From: Bryobacterales bacterium
GTDB taxonomy: Bacteria > Acidobacteriota > Terriglobia > Bryobacterales > UBA6623
DNA: 64,000 bases
Direction of reading: 5' to 3'
Assembly: GCA_963422375.2 (NCBI GenBank)
Contig: OY729428.2
Coordinates: 960,001 to 1,024,000, forward strand
Positions 47,078-56,628 of this stretch are shown here, in pieces. A program made the translations under genes and the position numbers. The notes below the pieces were generated by a model. That model saw nothing but the letters and a program-made list of their open reading frames with translations, did no database searches and was not told where the DNA came from. Each line of letters begins with the position of its first letter. Positions within the stretch are counted from its first letter, which is position 1.

Positions 47078-48301
47078 ATGTTGACCCGTTCGATCCCATA
47101 CCAGTCGCCCAGTAGCTGGATCGCATACGACTGGCAGGCTGTCTCCGGCACGCTCGTCGAAGCGAAGGCTGCGATCCTAGCCCTGCGGGCGATCCCGTTC
47201 CAGCGCCGCTGGGTCAGGGACCTGCAGGACATCCAGCTCAAGATGGAGGTCGCCGGTACATCGAAGATCGAGAATGCCGAGTTCGTCGGAAACGAGCTCG
47301 AAGAGGCGATCCGGGCGGAGACGCCCCAGCAGCTCCAGACGCGGTCGCAGCGGCAAGCCCACGCAGCGACCAAGGCGTACGAGTGGGTCGCAGAAGTTCC
47401 GGATGACCGTCCGGTCTCGACCGATCTGATCAAGGACCTGCATCGCTTGATCGTCTCTGGCTGCGACGACGACCACTGCCCGCCGGGCGTGCCACGCAAG
47501 ACCGACGAGAACGTGACATTCGGAACGCCGCGGCACCGGGGCGTGCCCGGCGGCATCGAGTGCAAGCGAGCGCTCGAGCGGCTGGCCAAGGAAATATCGA
47601 CATCGTTCCGAGGCCACGACCCGCTGGTGCAAGCAGCGGCTGCACACTATCACTTGGCCGCGATGCATCCGTTCCTTGACGGGAACGGACGCACCGCCCG
47701 GGCGCTGGAAGCCCTTATGTTGCAACGGGCGGGCCTCCGGCACGCCCTATTCGTGCCAATGTCCAACTTCTATCACAGCGAAAAGCCCCAGTACCTGGAA
47801 GCACTCGCCGAGACGCGGCAGCGAGGTCACAACCTGACTCCGTTCCTGAAGTTTACGCTTCGCGGAGTCGTGCAGGAGGTCGGGCGGATCACGCGTTCGC
47901 TCAGGGACGCCGTGTCGCGCGAGATCTATCGAGGCTTGGTGAACGAGCTCTTCTTGAGACTCGAGAGTTCCCGGAAGCGTGTGATCGTCAAGCGCCAGCT
48001 CATACTCCTGAACCACCTGCTGGAAAAGGTCGACGAGATCGAATGGGGGCAGCTGGTAACGGAGGTACGGGGGCACTACGAGTCGCGCAAGGATCCTGTC
48101 GAAGCCATCAAACGCGACCTTGCCAGGCTATTGGGACTCGGCGCAGTGGAGGCAAAGGTCGAATCATGCCCCGGAGGGTATCGGATCCTCCTAATCTCCG
48201 TGAATCTCGATTGGCCGAGCACGATCACAGAGACCGAGTTCTTCGAGAGGATAAAGACGCTCCCCAAGTCCAAGACCTACTCGTTCCTAGCGACTCCATA
48301 G
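47078..48301 (+). CDS. Fic-family protein (class II-like)
   Basis: Canonical HPFLDGNGRTAR; N-terminal inhibitory-type motif TSKIEN. Confidence 0.92.
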   Translation: MLTRSIPYQSPSSWIAYDWQAVSGTLVEAKAAILALRAIPFQRRWVRDLQDIQLKMEVAGTSKIENAEFVGNELEEAIRAETPQQLQTRSQRQAHAATKAYEWVAEVPDDRPVSTDLIKDLHRLIVSGCDDDHCPPGVPRKTDENVTFGTPRHRGVPGGIECKRALERLAKEISTSFRGHDPLVQAAAAHYHLAAMHPFLDGNGRTARALEALMLQRAGLRHALFVPMSNFYHSEKPQYLEALAETRQRGHNLTPFLKFTLRGVVQEVGRITRSLRDAVSREIYRGLVNELFLRLESSRKRVIVKRQLILLNHLLEKVDEIEWGQLVTEVRGHYESRKDPVEAIKRDLARLLGLGAVEAKVESCPGGYRILLISVNLDWPSTITETEFFERIKTLPKSKTYSFLATP

Positions 48302-49214
48302 CTCAATGTCCCACTTCCACTCCAGACCCCCTCGCCTACAAGCGCAGTCCGCGGCGAGGATTCGGACATCTGCCCGAGGCTCGATCAAGGTCTGGACCGG
48401 TCTCCGCGGCCCCGTCCCGTCGGGAGACCGTCGGGCCCAACCGGGGAGCCGGCACTGATGCCCGGCGGGCGATCACGAGGTCGGCTGGTGGCCTAGAGGC
48501 TCTCTGAAGCCGGCCGTATGACCTTCGACCGGTCACTTCCCGCCATGGGAGCAATAGTGGCCAAGGCGGCCTGCATCGGACACGCCGAACCGCAGAAGCG
48601 ATTCCTGCTTCGAGATTCCTTGCGCTCCAGCAGTGACCCGGGTCTTGGATGTCATCGGGTCGGGCTCTCGGACGGACCGTCGCCGTGGCGGTCGCGCTCG
48701 TGTCTCGGCATGAATCGAAGCCTCTGCTAGCTGAGCGGAATCAGGTTTCGCAAGAGACCGCTGCGGGGGGCCGCAAGACCGTCGGTTCGACCTGGCTGCG
48801 ACACTGCAGATTCCGAGGCATAATCGCTGGACCGATTCGGGACATTCCACGCAGCTTCTCGGAGCAAGCCAGCTCGTCGTGGCGTTGACGTGGCGCGAGT
48901 CTCGCGCTTGAGGCTCGCCGACCGCGTACCAAGCTCCGCCCCCAGGCCTCTGCGGCCGGGGGCGACTGGTGTACTCTCCGCCAAGCGCAGCGACCCGCAA
49001 CCACGGACGATGTAGACTCACGGAAGATGTGCGCTTGCCCGCGCTGCTCGCCGGGCCAGCCGCAGGGCAGCTCTTATACGCATCGCCGATTCAACCGAAG
49101 CCGGTCACTCTGAATTCGATCGCCGTTTTGTGCAGCCTCGCACGTTACTCAAGGCCATAGCCTCGCATTGCCAACCATTGCCGACGTTTGAGGGTACATC
49201 ACAGTTGCACAGCT

Positions 49215-50910
49215 CGGGTGCGGCGACCCGAGGGCCAGGGGCTCAACGACCTCTAAGTGCGCGTTTTCCGCATGACGGAGCGACTGATCGCGGAGCAGAC
49301 GGGCCAAGGCGCCGTGTGCTTTACTTCCAAGTAGTCTTGGCTCGACGGGCTCTCGTTCACGGGCATGCGGGAGCGGTATCTCGAGGCGTTTGACTTGATC
49401 CGTGTCGACTGCCTCAACGGCGACAAGTACCGGACCGGCAAGATTACGCCGGATGGTGCGCCGGACCCTAGCATCTTCTCGACCGAGAGTGATCCCGTGG
49501 GCATCCAAGTCGGCACCGCCATCGCGACGTCGGTGCGCAAGGAAGAGCACGCACCGGCCGACGGAATCGAATTCCAAGATCTGTGGGGGCGCGAGAATGG
49601 AGCGCTTCTCACCGCGACAACCGGAGCGGATCCCGCGGCGATATACGACCGCATCGAGCCGGCGCTCGGACTCGGGCTGCCATTCCAGCACGCGTCCGTC
49701 AGCGAAGGCTGGTTCGACTGGCCGCAACTTCCGGAACTCTTCCCTGTTTCGTTTCCCGGCGTCAATACGAGCCGTGACGCGTTTCTCGTGGACGTCGATA
49801 TTGAACGGCTTGAGGCCCGGATTGGCGATTCCATCGACGCCCGTCTGAGCCATGCGGAGATTGCGCGGCGCTATCCTCGGGCGATGAAGGATGACGGCGC
49901 GATTCGATGCGCGGGGCGTCCGCGATGCACTTCTAGCACGAGGAGGTCCGTCGAAGGGCGGTTTCGTGTGCCATTGCTACCGTCCGTTTGATCGCTGGCG
50001 GCTCTATTGGGAAGCCGACAGCGGTGGATTGCTCGACCACCCGCGACCCGAGTACAGGCCTCGCGTGTTCAAAGGAAACTTGTAGCTATCGTCCGCCCGA
50101 CACTTGCGGAAGGCCGCCGGCGAGGCCCAGGCCTGCGTCGCCAACGCGCCAACGACTTAGGTTCGATGCACTTGATCGAGCGAGGCACTTCAATGTTCCC
50201 AGTTTTTCTCCGAGACCTCGACATCGGGGAAGAAGGCGACGATATTGGGCATCGCGAGGAGCTGGGCCTGGCGGCGAAGGACCTGTACTATCACGTTCTA
50301 TCCGCCCTCAATGACCCCCAATGCCGAAAGGCAAACGAATGTGGACTCCGGATCGGACGGCCGCGTATCCCGCTTCCCGGCGAGCCGAAGGGCCTGGCGG
50401 CGGGTGCAGCGGAGACCCTTGCTAAGTCGATCGTGCGTGGCCGGATATTGGCAAGCCTATTGGAGCCCGCGGAATCGGTCGACGGAGTTACGCAAGGCAA
50501 GCTTAGGCCTGCCCTGGCAGGTCTTCCTTACCTGCAACCACCAGTGGTCCCAGCATGCCCGATGAAGACTTCGCGGTGACGGCGGGATGGGGACACTTCG
50601 GCACCGGCGATGCCGTGATGCCGCGCTCGGGCCGTGCGGTCACACGCCCTTGGAGCAGTAGCGAGCGGGCCTCAGTCGGCGATGCAGGGCAGGTTCTAGG
50701 CGACACGACCGTAGATGCCTACTTGAACGCCCGCGCTTTCTGGCGCAACGTTCCCTCGGCGGCTCGGCGATACAGCCTCGGGGCTATCAGGTGCTCGAGA
50801 AATGGCTCTCGTACCGCGAACGCTCCATCATCAGACGACCGCTTCGGATCGACGAGGTCCAGCACTTCACCGACTCGGCAAGGCGGATCGCCGCGATCCT
50901 CCTGGCGACA
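49215..50910 (+). pseudogene. Type ISP restriction-modification enzyme, C-terminal remnant
   Basis: GLNDL*VRVFRM...VCFTSK*SWLDGLSFTGMRERYL, GIQVGTAI, PGVNTSRD, YRPFD, PRIPLP, YLN...WRNVP, QVLEKWLSYRE...ARRIAAILL; multiple stops and frameshifts. Confidence 0.82.
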
Positions 50911-51313
50911 AATCGACCCAGCGGTCTCTCCCGATGTCCATCGACGCTTCGGGCGACTCTGAGAGAGCAACTCTCCGATTCCCGGGGGTCGCAGATCTGC
51001 TCTAACCTGCTTGGGCGTGTAGTGCTCCGCCCAGCCGCTTGCAATTTCCAAACCCGTTGAGTTGACGTCCCTCGTCAGGGGGTTGTCACAGGCGGCACCA
51101 AAGGGCTAGAGGACGAATCGTCCCATAGGGATCGCGTTTTCCGTCCTGCACCAGTGGCTTGCAGCACGTGTGCGCGCTCCGAAGATGGCCGGAGCGAGGC
51201 CGAGAGCAGCCGAAGCGCTCTGCACAGCGACGAGACCGTCGACCGCGGACCTGCGGACCCGACGCCGGCCGAAGGTCCTTCCGTCGCTCGCGCTTGTCGG
51301 TAGAGCGCCGCGA

Positions 51314-52534
51314 CTACGCGGACGACTTCACTCCGAAGCGATGCAAGGCGTTGCGCATCAGGGCCTGCATCTTCGGATCCACCGACAGGGCCCACCCGCC
51401 CGCAATGCAGCCCGCGTGGAACACCCTTCCGCCCCGAGGCCGCTCCCAGTACGTCATCTCCGCGTAGACGCCGTGCTCGAGGGGTTCCCACCGTCCGAAA
51501 TAATCGATACCGCGCCTGCTCCTGTCGACAATGAGCGCTAGGGTAACGATGCCGGGCGGATCGTCGGGGACTGCGGATGACCCCGGATTCTGTTTCGTAA
51601 TCGCCCGAATCAGACTCGGCCGCACGTCGGACTCGTGACCGCCGACCCGTGGGGTTGACCCGTCGGGGCTCTGCCCGAAAGCGTCTCCGTCGCGAAGCCC
51701 GACTTGTTCGGGTTCGTTAAACAGCGGGTGGCTGGAATCGACGACTTCGTACGCACCGAAGAAGGGCTCCCGCACCGGCCACCATCCGATGCACTCAAGG
51801 CCAAGCACTCTCCAAGCGGGCAGGCCGCAGAACCGCATCAGGCTGCCGCGCTTGCCGTCATGGCTGTGGAAGATCTCGCCGATGTCGGCACCCTCTCGCC
51901 CGCCGATGTCGACACCGTGCTTGCGGCATTCCATCGCCGTGCCGTCCTCGTCGTACGCGACGCGCCAGAACATGGTATTGCCGCTCATCACGATCACCGA
52001 CCCGCCGGCCCGCAGAAAGTCGTCCACGGCGCGGTAGGACTCCTCTGACCAGTACTCGCTGTGCCCGTTGATCACCACGACCTTGTAGCCTTGGATCCGT
52101 CCTGGGTCACGGTGAATGTCGTGGTCGCTGGCGACGTCGTACGGGTAGCCGTTCCCTTCGAGCCACCGGTGAGCGAAGAACTCGCCGCGCATCAGGTGGC
52201 TGTAGTTCAGGTCGTCCTTGCTGAAGACCACCTCCGGGCCCGCAACGGGCCAAGGGGTTTTCGTGCCGATCGCATAGGTGGGCTGCCCTTGCGCGTGATT
52301 GCGGTAGCAGCAGTAGGCCGGCGCTCGAGGATGTGCGTTGTCCTGGCCCGTGGTCTCCCAGAAGGGCACTTCAGAATTCACAGCGAACGGCGTCGCGCTG
52401 TAGGCCTGCCAGGTGTTGGTGGAGCAGAGCACTAGGATCGGTGTCTTCGGGCGCTCGGGCGACCGCCGAACTAGGAATGTAACGTCGTAGGCGATGGGTC
52501 TTCCCTTGTGGCGTCCCTCAAACCGACCGACATA
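51314..52534 (-). pseudogene. N,N-dimethylformamidase large-subunit-like protein, 5'-truncated by IS630
   Basis: STNTWQAYS, HL...WLEGNGYPYD, INGHSEYWS, SGNTMFWRV, GGHESD, GGRVFHAG. The apparent N-terminus (52535-52660) is IS DNA. Confidence 0.8.
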
Positions 52535-52667
52535 TACTGAGGAGCACAAAAGTCGTTCTTGCCGTTCTCGCCCTCTTCTGAGACCAGTTCCGACACTTGA
52601 ACGTGGTAGAATTGTTGCATGAATCCCTTCCAATTCGACGACTTTCGGCGACTCCCTCATAAGCTTA

Positions 52668-53719
52668 CCTGATTACCCACAAGACTCAGCCAAGGTTAGG
52701 AGGCGGTAAGGCCTGGGCGGGGTGCGCACGGAGGCGTGGAGCAGGCGGGGGACCAGCGCCTCCGGATCGTAGCGGCGGTTGAAGCGGTAGCGGAACTCGG
52801 CGAGGTACCGCGGCAGGTGCTTGCCGTCGAGCGCATGGCAGGTTCCCGCCAGGGACTGCTTGACGTTCCCCAGCATCGTGCTGACCCGGAAGAAGCGGGA
52901 ATCCCCGCAGCTCCGCTGCCCGCCTGCGGTGACGGTCGGCACGTGCTCGCAGCCGGCGTCGGCCACGCCCCGGAAGCAGGCCGGGCCGTCGGAATGCACC
53001 TCCGTGCCGGGCTGCAAGTGCCGTCCGGCCCATGCTGCCAGCGTCTTCTTGCGGAAGCCCGCCACGCTGCTCATGCGCATCCTTGCCGGCTTGCCGTCGG
53101 CGGTGACCTGGGTGACCTGCACGGCGGCGACGAACGGCGTCTTGCCCGCCGCGCCGCGACCGCGCTTGCCGCCGGTCCGCTCCCCGCCCCAGCAGGCCCC
53201 AGTAGGCGTCGTCCACCTGCACGATGCCGCCCGGCGGCACGCGCTCGTCGCGCTCCTTCATCACTTGCAAGAGCTTGTGCTTCATCTTCCAAGCCGTGTT
53301 CCGGCTCACGCCCAGCTGCCGCGCCAGTTCCAGCGACGAAACGCCGTGCTGGCCCTGCGTCAGCAGGTGGATCGCCAGGAACCGGACGGTCAGCGGCAGC
53401 TTGGTGGCGGCGAAGATCGTGCCGGCGACGAGGGAGGTCCGGCGGTGGCAGGCATGGCACTGCCGGAGCTTGCGGGAGCGGATGCGGCAGTGCCGTCGGG
53501 AGCCGCACTCCGGGCAGCGGAAGCCGTCCGGCCGGCGGGCCTTGAAGACGGCCTGCTCGCATGGCCCCTCGCTGCCGTAGCGCTGCAGGAACTTGCCCGG
53601 ACTGAGTCCCTTCTGGCATTGCACGCGATTGCGTTTCATCTGCTATCCCCTTTCCTATCAGAGATTTCCGACCTCCTCCAGGATAGCATATCCTCGGCTG
53701 ACGTTCGTTGGTAATCAGG
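52668..53719 (-). mobile_element. IS1595-family element
   Basis: Ends cctgattacc.../...ggtaatcagg (22/28 inverted match) flanked by the 8-bp direct repeat TAAGCTTA at 52660-52667 and 53720-53727. Confidence 0.9.
52673..53639 (-). pseudogene. IS1595 transposase, frameshifted
   Basis: Zn ribbon CPECG...CHAC, TSLVAGTIF, VQVDDAY, SDG, YLAEFRYRFNRR; frameshift caused by a 10-bp duplication at 53186-53205. Confidence 0.9.
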
Positions 53720-55037
53720 TAAGCTTATGATTACCGTCCGAAAGTTCGTCGTCACGCAATTATACCGTCGTCGATAAGAATCCCCGGCAGCTCAAGTTCG
53801 AGTTCGCCTGCCGGACCGTCCGGAGAGTCCGCCGCGCTTTCATCGACGAGTGCGGCAGCGACGCGAGCCGCTGTACCATCCGCCGCGTCATGCGTCGGCT
53901 CAGGCTCACGCCGCAGAAGCCTCGCTTCCGGGCATTCCAGCGCCGGACGGGGCAAGTCGCGCGATGGATTGACACGACATTCCCAGAAATCAAGCGGGAG
54001 GCCGAGCGGGAAGAGGCCTTGATCCTGTTCGCTGACGAGGCCGGAACGCGCTCCGACGAGCACGTGGGACGGACGTGGGGAGTGCGCGGACAGACGCCCC
54101 GATGTGACCGGCACGGCCACGAAGTTTCGCTGCAACATGCTGGCAGCGATCAGCCCGGACGGCCGCATCCATTACATGCTGCACGAGGGCACGGCGGATG
54201 CTGGAAGGTTCTGCTCGTTCGTGAAGCAGGTGGCGGAAGAAACCGGCAGGAAGGTGCGCTTCGTAGTGGACGGCTGCCGGATTCACACGGCGCGAGAGGT
54301 GGCGAGTTTCCTCGAGAAGAAATTCGAGGACGGGCACGTGAGGATTCATATTCTTCCGGCCTACTCCCCGATGCTGAACCCAGCTGAGCTGGCATGGTCG
54401 CACGTGAAGCGGATGGTGAGCCGGAAATGCTTCAAGACCGAGGACGAGCTGTTGCGCCCGCTCGAGGCGGAATTCAAGTCGCTAAGGGACTTGACTGACA
54501 AGGTGGCTCGCTTCTTCAAGGAGCCCGATTGCAAGTACATTCTGGCGTGACCCGCCCGAGACGACTTTTGCGCTCCTGAGTAGTCGTAGCATTCCAGCGA
54601 AACCTTCGCCTTGAGAAATTGCACCTAACGCCTTTTTTATCAAGTGGATACGAGTTTTGTCACTGGCACTATATATCTGAGTGCCGACAACGCCATATCC
54701 GGCTAGAACTGCTTTGATCGGGGAGGTCGGCGTCTAGGTCGGGTCATTCAAGTGCGGCCGCGGTGGGCACAGAAGGGTGGGATCGTATCTGAATCGCACC
54801 GCCAAGCGGATTTCACGAGGCACGGATTCGATAGGCCCCTTGGCACGCCCCGGTGGAACCCGGGTTGCGGTGGAGGGGCACCTGTTGCAAGCCGATTTCA
54901 TGCCCTCCGAGGGCCGAAAACAGCGGATCCCCAGCTCGCGACGGCCATCATGGATGGTCCGGATCCGGAGCGCCCCTCGCACCGAGCTTGAAGAATGCAC
55001 CCGCAGCGGGCCGCCTCGCTCAGCTCGGCGGGCACCG

Positions 55038-55150
55038 CTCAGGCCGCGACCGCGGCCTTGCCGGTCAGGTGCCGGTAGGTCAGCGTATTGCCGACCCGGC
55101 CCCGCGCAACGCGCCGCATCTGGTCCGCCGCGTCGCGCGAACTGGGACGT
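55038..55150 (-). pseudogene. Possible C-terminal remnant of a second IS1595-type transposase
   Basis: DAADQMRRVAR / GNTLTYRHLT...* resembles the DQM...GKRLxYxxL tail of some IS1595 transposases. Confidence 0.4.
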
Positions 55151-55201
55151 GGACGGAGCAGTCCCTTGCGAACCCCCGCCGCGCGTCCGGCGGCCAAGCA
55201 C

Positions 55202-56620
55202 TCAGGCAAGGATCTCCTTGACCACTCTCGCGGGGTACTGCCCGATCAATCGCTCGTCCAAGCCGTGGACGTTGAAGACAAGCCTCTCGGGATCCAGACC
55301 GAGCAGGTGCAGCATGGTCGCGTGGAAGTCGTGGACGCTGACGCGATTCTCGACGGACTTGTGCCCGATCTCGTCGGTCGCCCCGTGAACGTGTCCTCGC
55401 TTCACGCCGCCCCCGGCCATCCAGATGCTGAAGCCGGCCGGCCCGTGGTCCCGCCCGCTCGTCCCGGCCTGCCCGACCTGCGCCAGCGGCATGCGCCCGA
55501 ACTCCCCGCCCCAGATCAGCAACGTCGAATCGAGCAGACCGCGCTGCTTGAGGTCCTGGATCAACCCGGCTACGGGCTTGTCCGTCTTCCGGCAGGCGTA
55601 GCCGAGCTCCCGCTCCAAGTTCAGGTGGTTGTCCCAGATCTGGTACTCGATGAACACCTGCACGAAACGGACGCCTCGCTCCACCATTCGCCGGGCGAGG
55701 AGCAGGCGTGCCCCGTAGGACCGCGTGCGCTCGTCGTTCATGCCGTACAATTCCTTCGTCGACTCGCTCTCCGAAGAGAGATCCGCGACATCGGTGGCGG
55801 CCATCTGCATGCGCGCTGCCAGCTCGTAGCTCTCGATGCGAGCGTCCAGCTGGGGCTGCAGCGGCCGAGCGTCACGGTGCGCGACGTTCAGCCGACGGAC
55901 CAAGGAGCGCTCCGCCTCGACCAAGGGGCTAGGCAGCTCTTGCTCGCGCCGGAGGTTCAGCACGGGCGGGCCCTCGGCGCGGAATTTCGTGCCTTGGTAT
56001 ACCTGTGGCAGCCAGCCCGACTGCCAGTTCTGAAGATCGTTGATCGGGTACCCCTTGGGGTCGTCGAGAACGACGTACCCCGGCAGGTTCTGGTTCTCGG
56101 TACCGAGGCCGTACACCGCCCACGCGCCCAGTGCCGGCCGGCCCGGCAGCGTTCGCCCCGAATGCATCAGGTACAGCGAGGGCTCGTGGTTGAAGTGCTC
56201 GCCGTGCATCGACCGGATCAGGGTGAGGTCGTCCACCGAGCCCGCCAAGCCCGGCAGCAGGTCCGAGATCTCCATGCCGCACTGGCCGTGCTTGCGGAAG
56301 CCGTACGGCGAGGGCATCAGCGTGCCGACTTCGTCCGTGAACTCGAGCTGGTTCGCGATGTCCCGCGGGGCCGCGGCACCGGCGTGCTTCTCGAGCTCGG
56401 GCTTGTGGTCGAACAGGTCGACCTGGCTCGGCCCCCCGTTCATGAACAGGTGGATAACAGACTTAGCCTTCGGCTCGAAGTCCGGTGGGCGCGCCTTCTG
56501 GTCGTAGCCCCTCCTGCCCTCGCTGGCCGCGAGCTCGCCGCCCAGCAGCCACGCGAGGGCGGCTCCGTGGATACCGTCGCCGATACGGGAGAAGAAGTCG
56601 CGGCGCGTGGGTCGATGCAT
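55202..56620 (-). CDS. DUF1501 family protein (copy 3)
   Basis: TRRDFF; HLFMNGGPSQVDLFD, WGGEFGRMP, GRDH, VHDFHAT. Confidence 0.92.
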   Translation of the reverse strand: MHRPTRRDFFSRIGDGIHGAALAWLLGGELAASEGRRGYDQKARPPDFEPKAKSVIHLFMNGGPSQVDLFDHKPELEKHAGAAAPRDIANQLEFTDEVGTLMPSPYGFRKHGQCGMEISDLLPGLAGSVDDLTLIRSMHGEHFNHEPSLYLMHSGRTLPGRPALGAWAVYGLGTENQNLPGYVVLDDPKGYPINDLQNWQSGWLPQVYQGTKFRAEGPPVLNLRREQELPSPLVEAERSLVRRLNVAHRDARPLQPQLDARIESYELAARMQMAATDVADLSSESESTKELYGMNDERTRSYGARLLLARRMVERGVRFVQVFIEYQIWDNHLNLERELGYACRKTDKPVAGLIQDLKQRGLLDSTLLIWGGEFGRMPLAQVGQAGTSGRDHGPAGFSIWMAGGGVKRGHVHGATDEIGHKSVENRVSVHDFHATMLHLLGLDPERLVFNVHGLDERLIGQYPARVVKEILA

Positions 56621-56628
56621 GCCAGCCC

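Larger units (their letters stand above)
52619..54550 (+). pseudogene. IS630 transposase, split by IS1595 and frameshifted
   Basis: ATG 52619 follows TGgTAGAAT (52604-52612); then DKNPRQLKFEF, LTPQKP, FADEAG, GRTWG, VVDGCRIH, LPAYSPMLNPAE (DDE). Confidence 0.85.
52535..54582 (+). mobile_element. IS630-family element (defective), interrupted by IS1595
   Basis: Terminal inverted repeats tactgaggagcacaaaagtcgt (52535-52556) and acgacttttgcgctcctgagta (54561-54582), 20/22 match, both ending in TA. Confidence 0.88.

Noticed and set aside
48302..49214. Short ORFs between Fic and the type ISP remnant
   Set aside because: No recognisable motifs or consistent coding frame; probably eroded DNA
52535..52660. 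N-terminus of the 448-aa ORF 51314-52660 as a genuine protein start
   Set aside because: It lies inside the IS630 left end; read-through chimera
54090..54110. Programmed frameshift in the IS630 transposase
   Set aside because: The frame change after GQTP has no slippery A-run, and the element is otherwise damaged, so it is more likely a mutation
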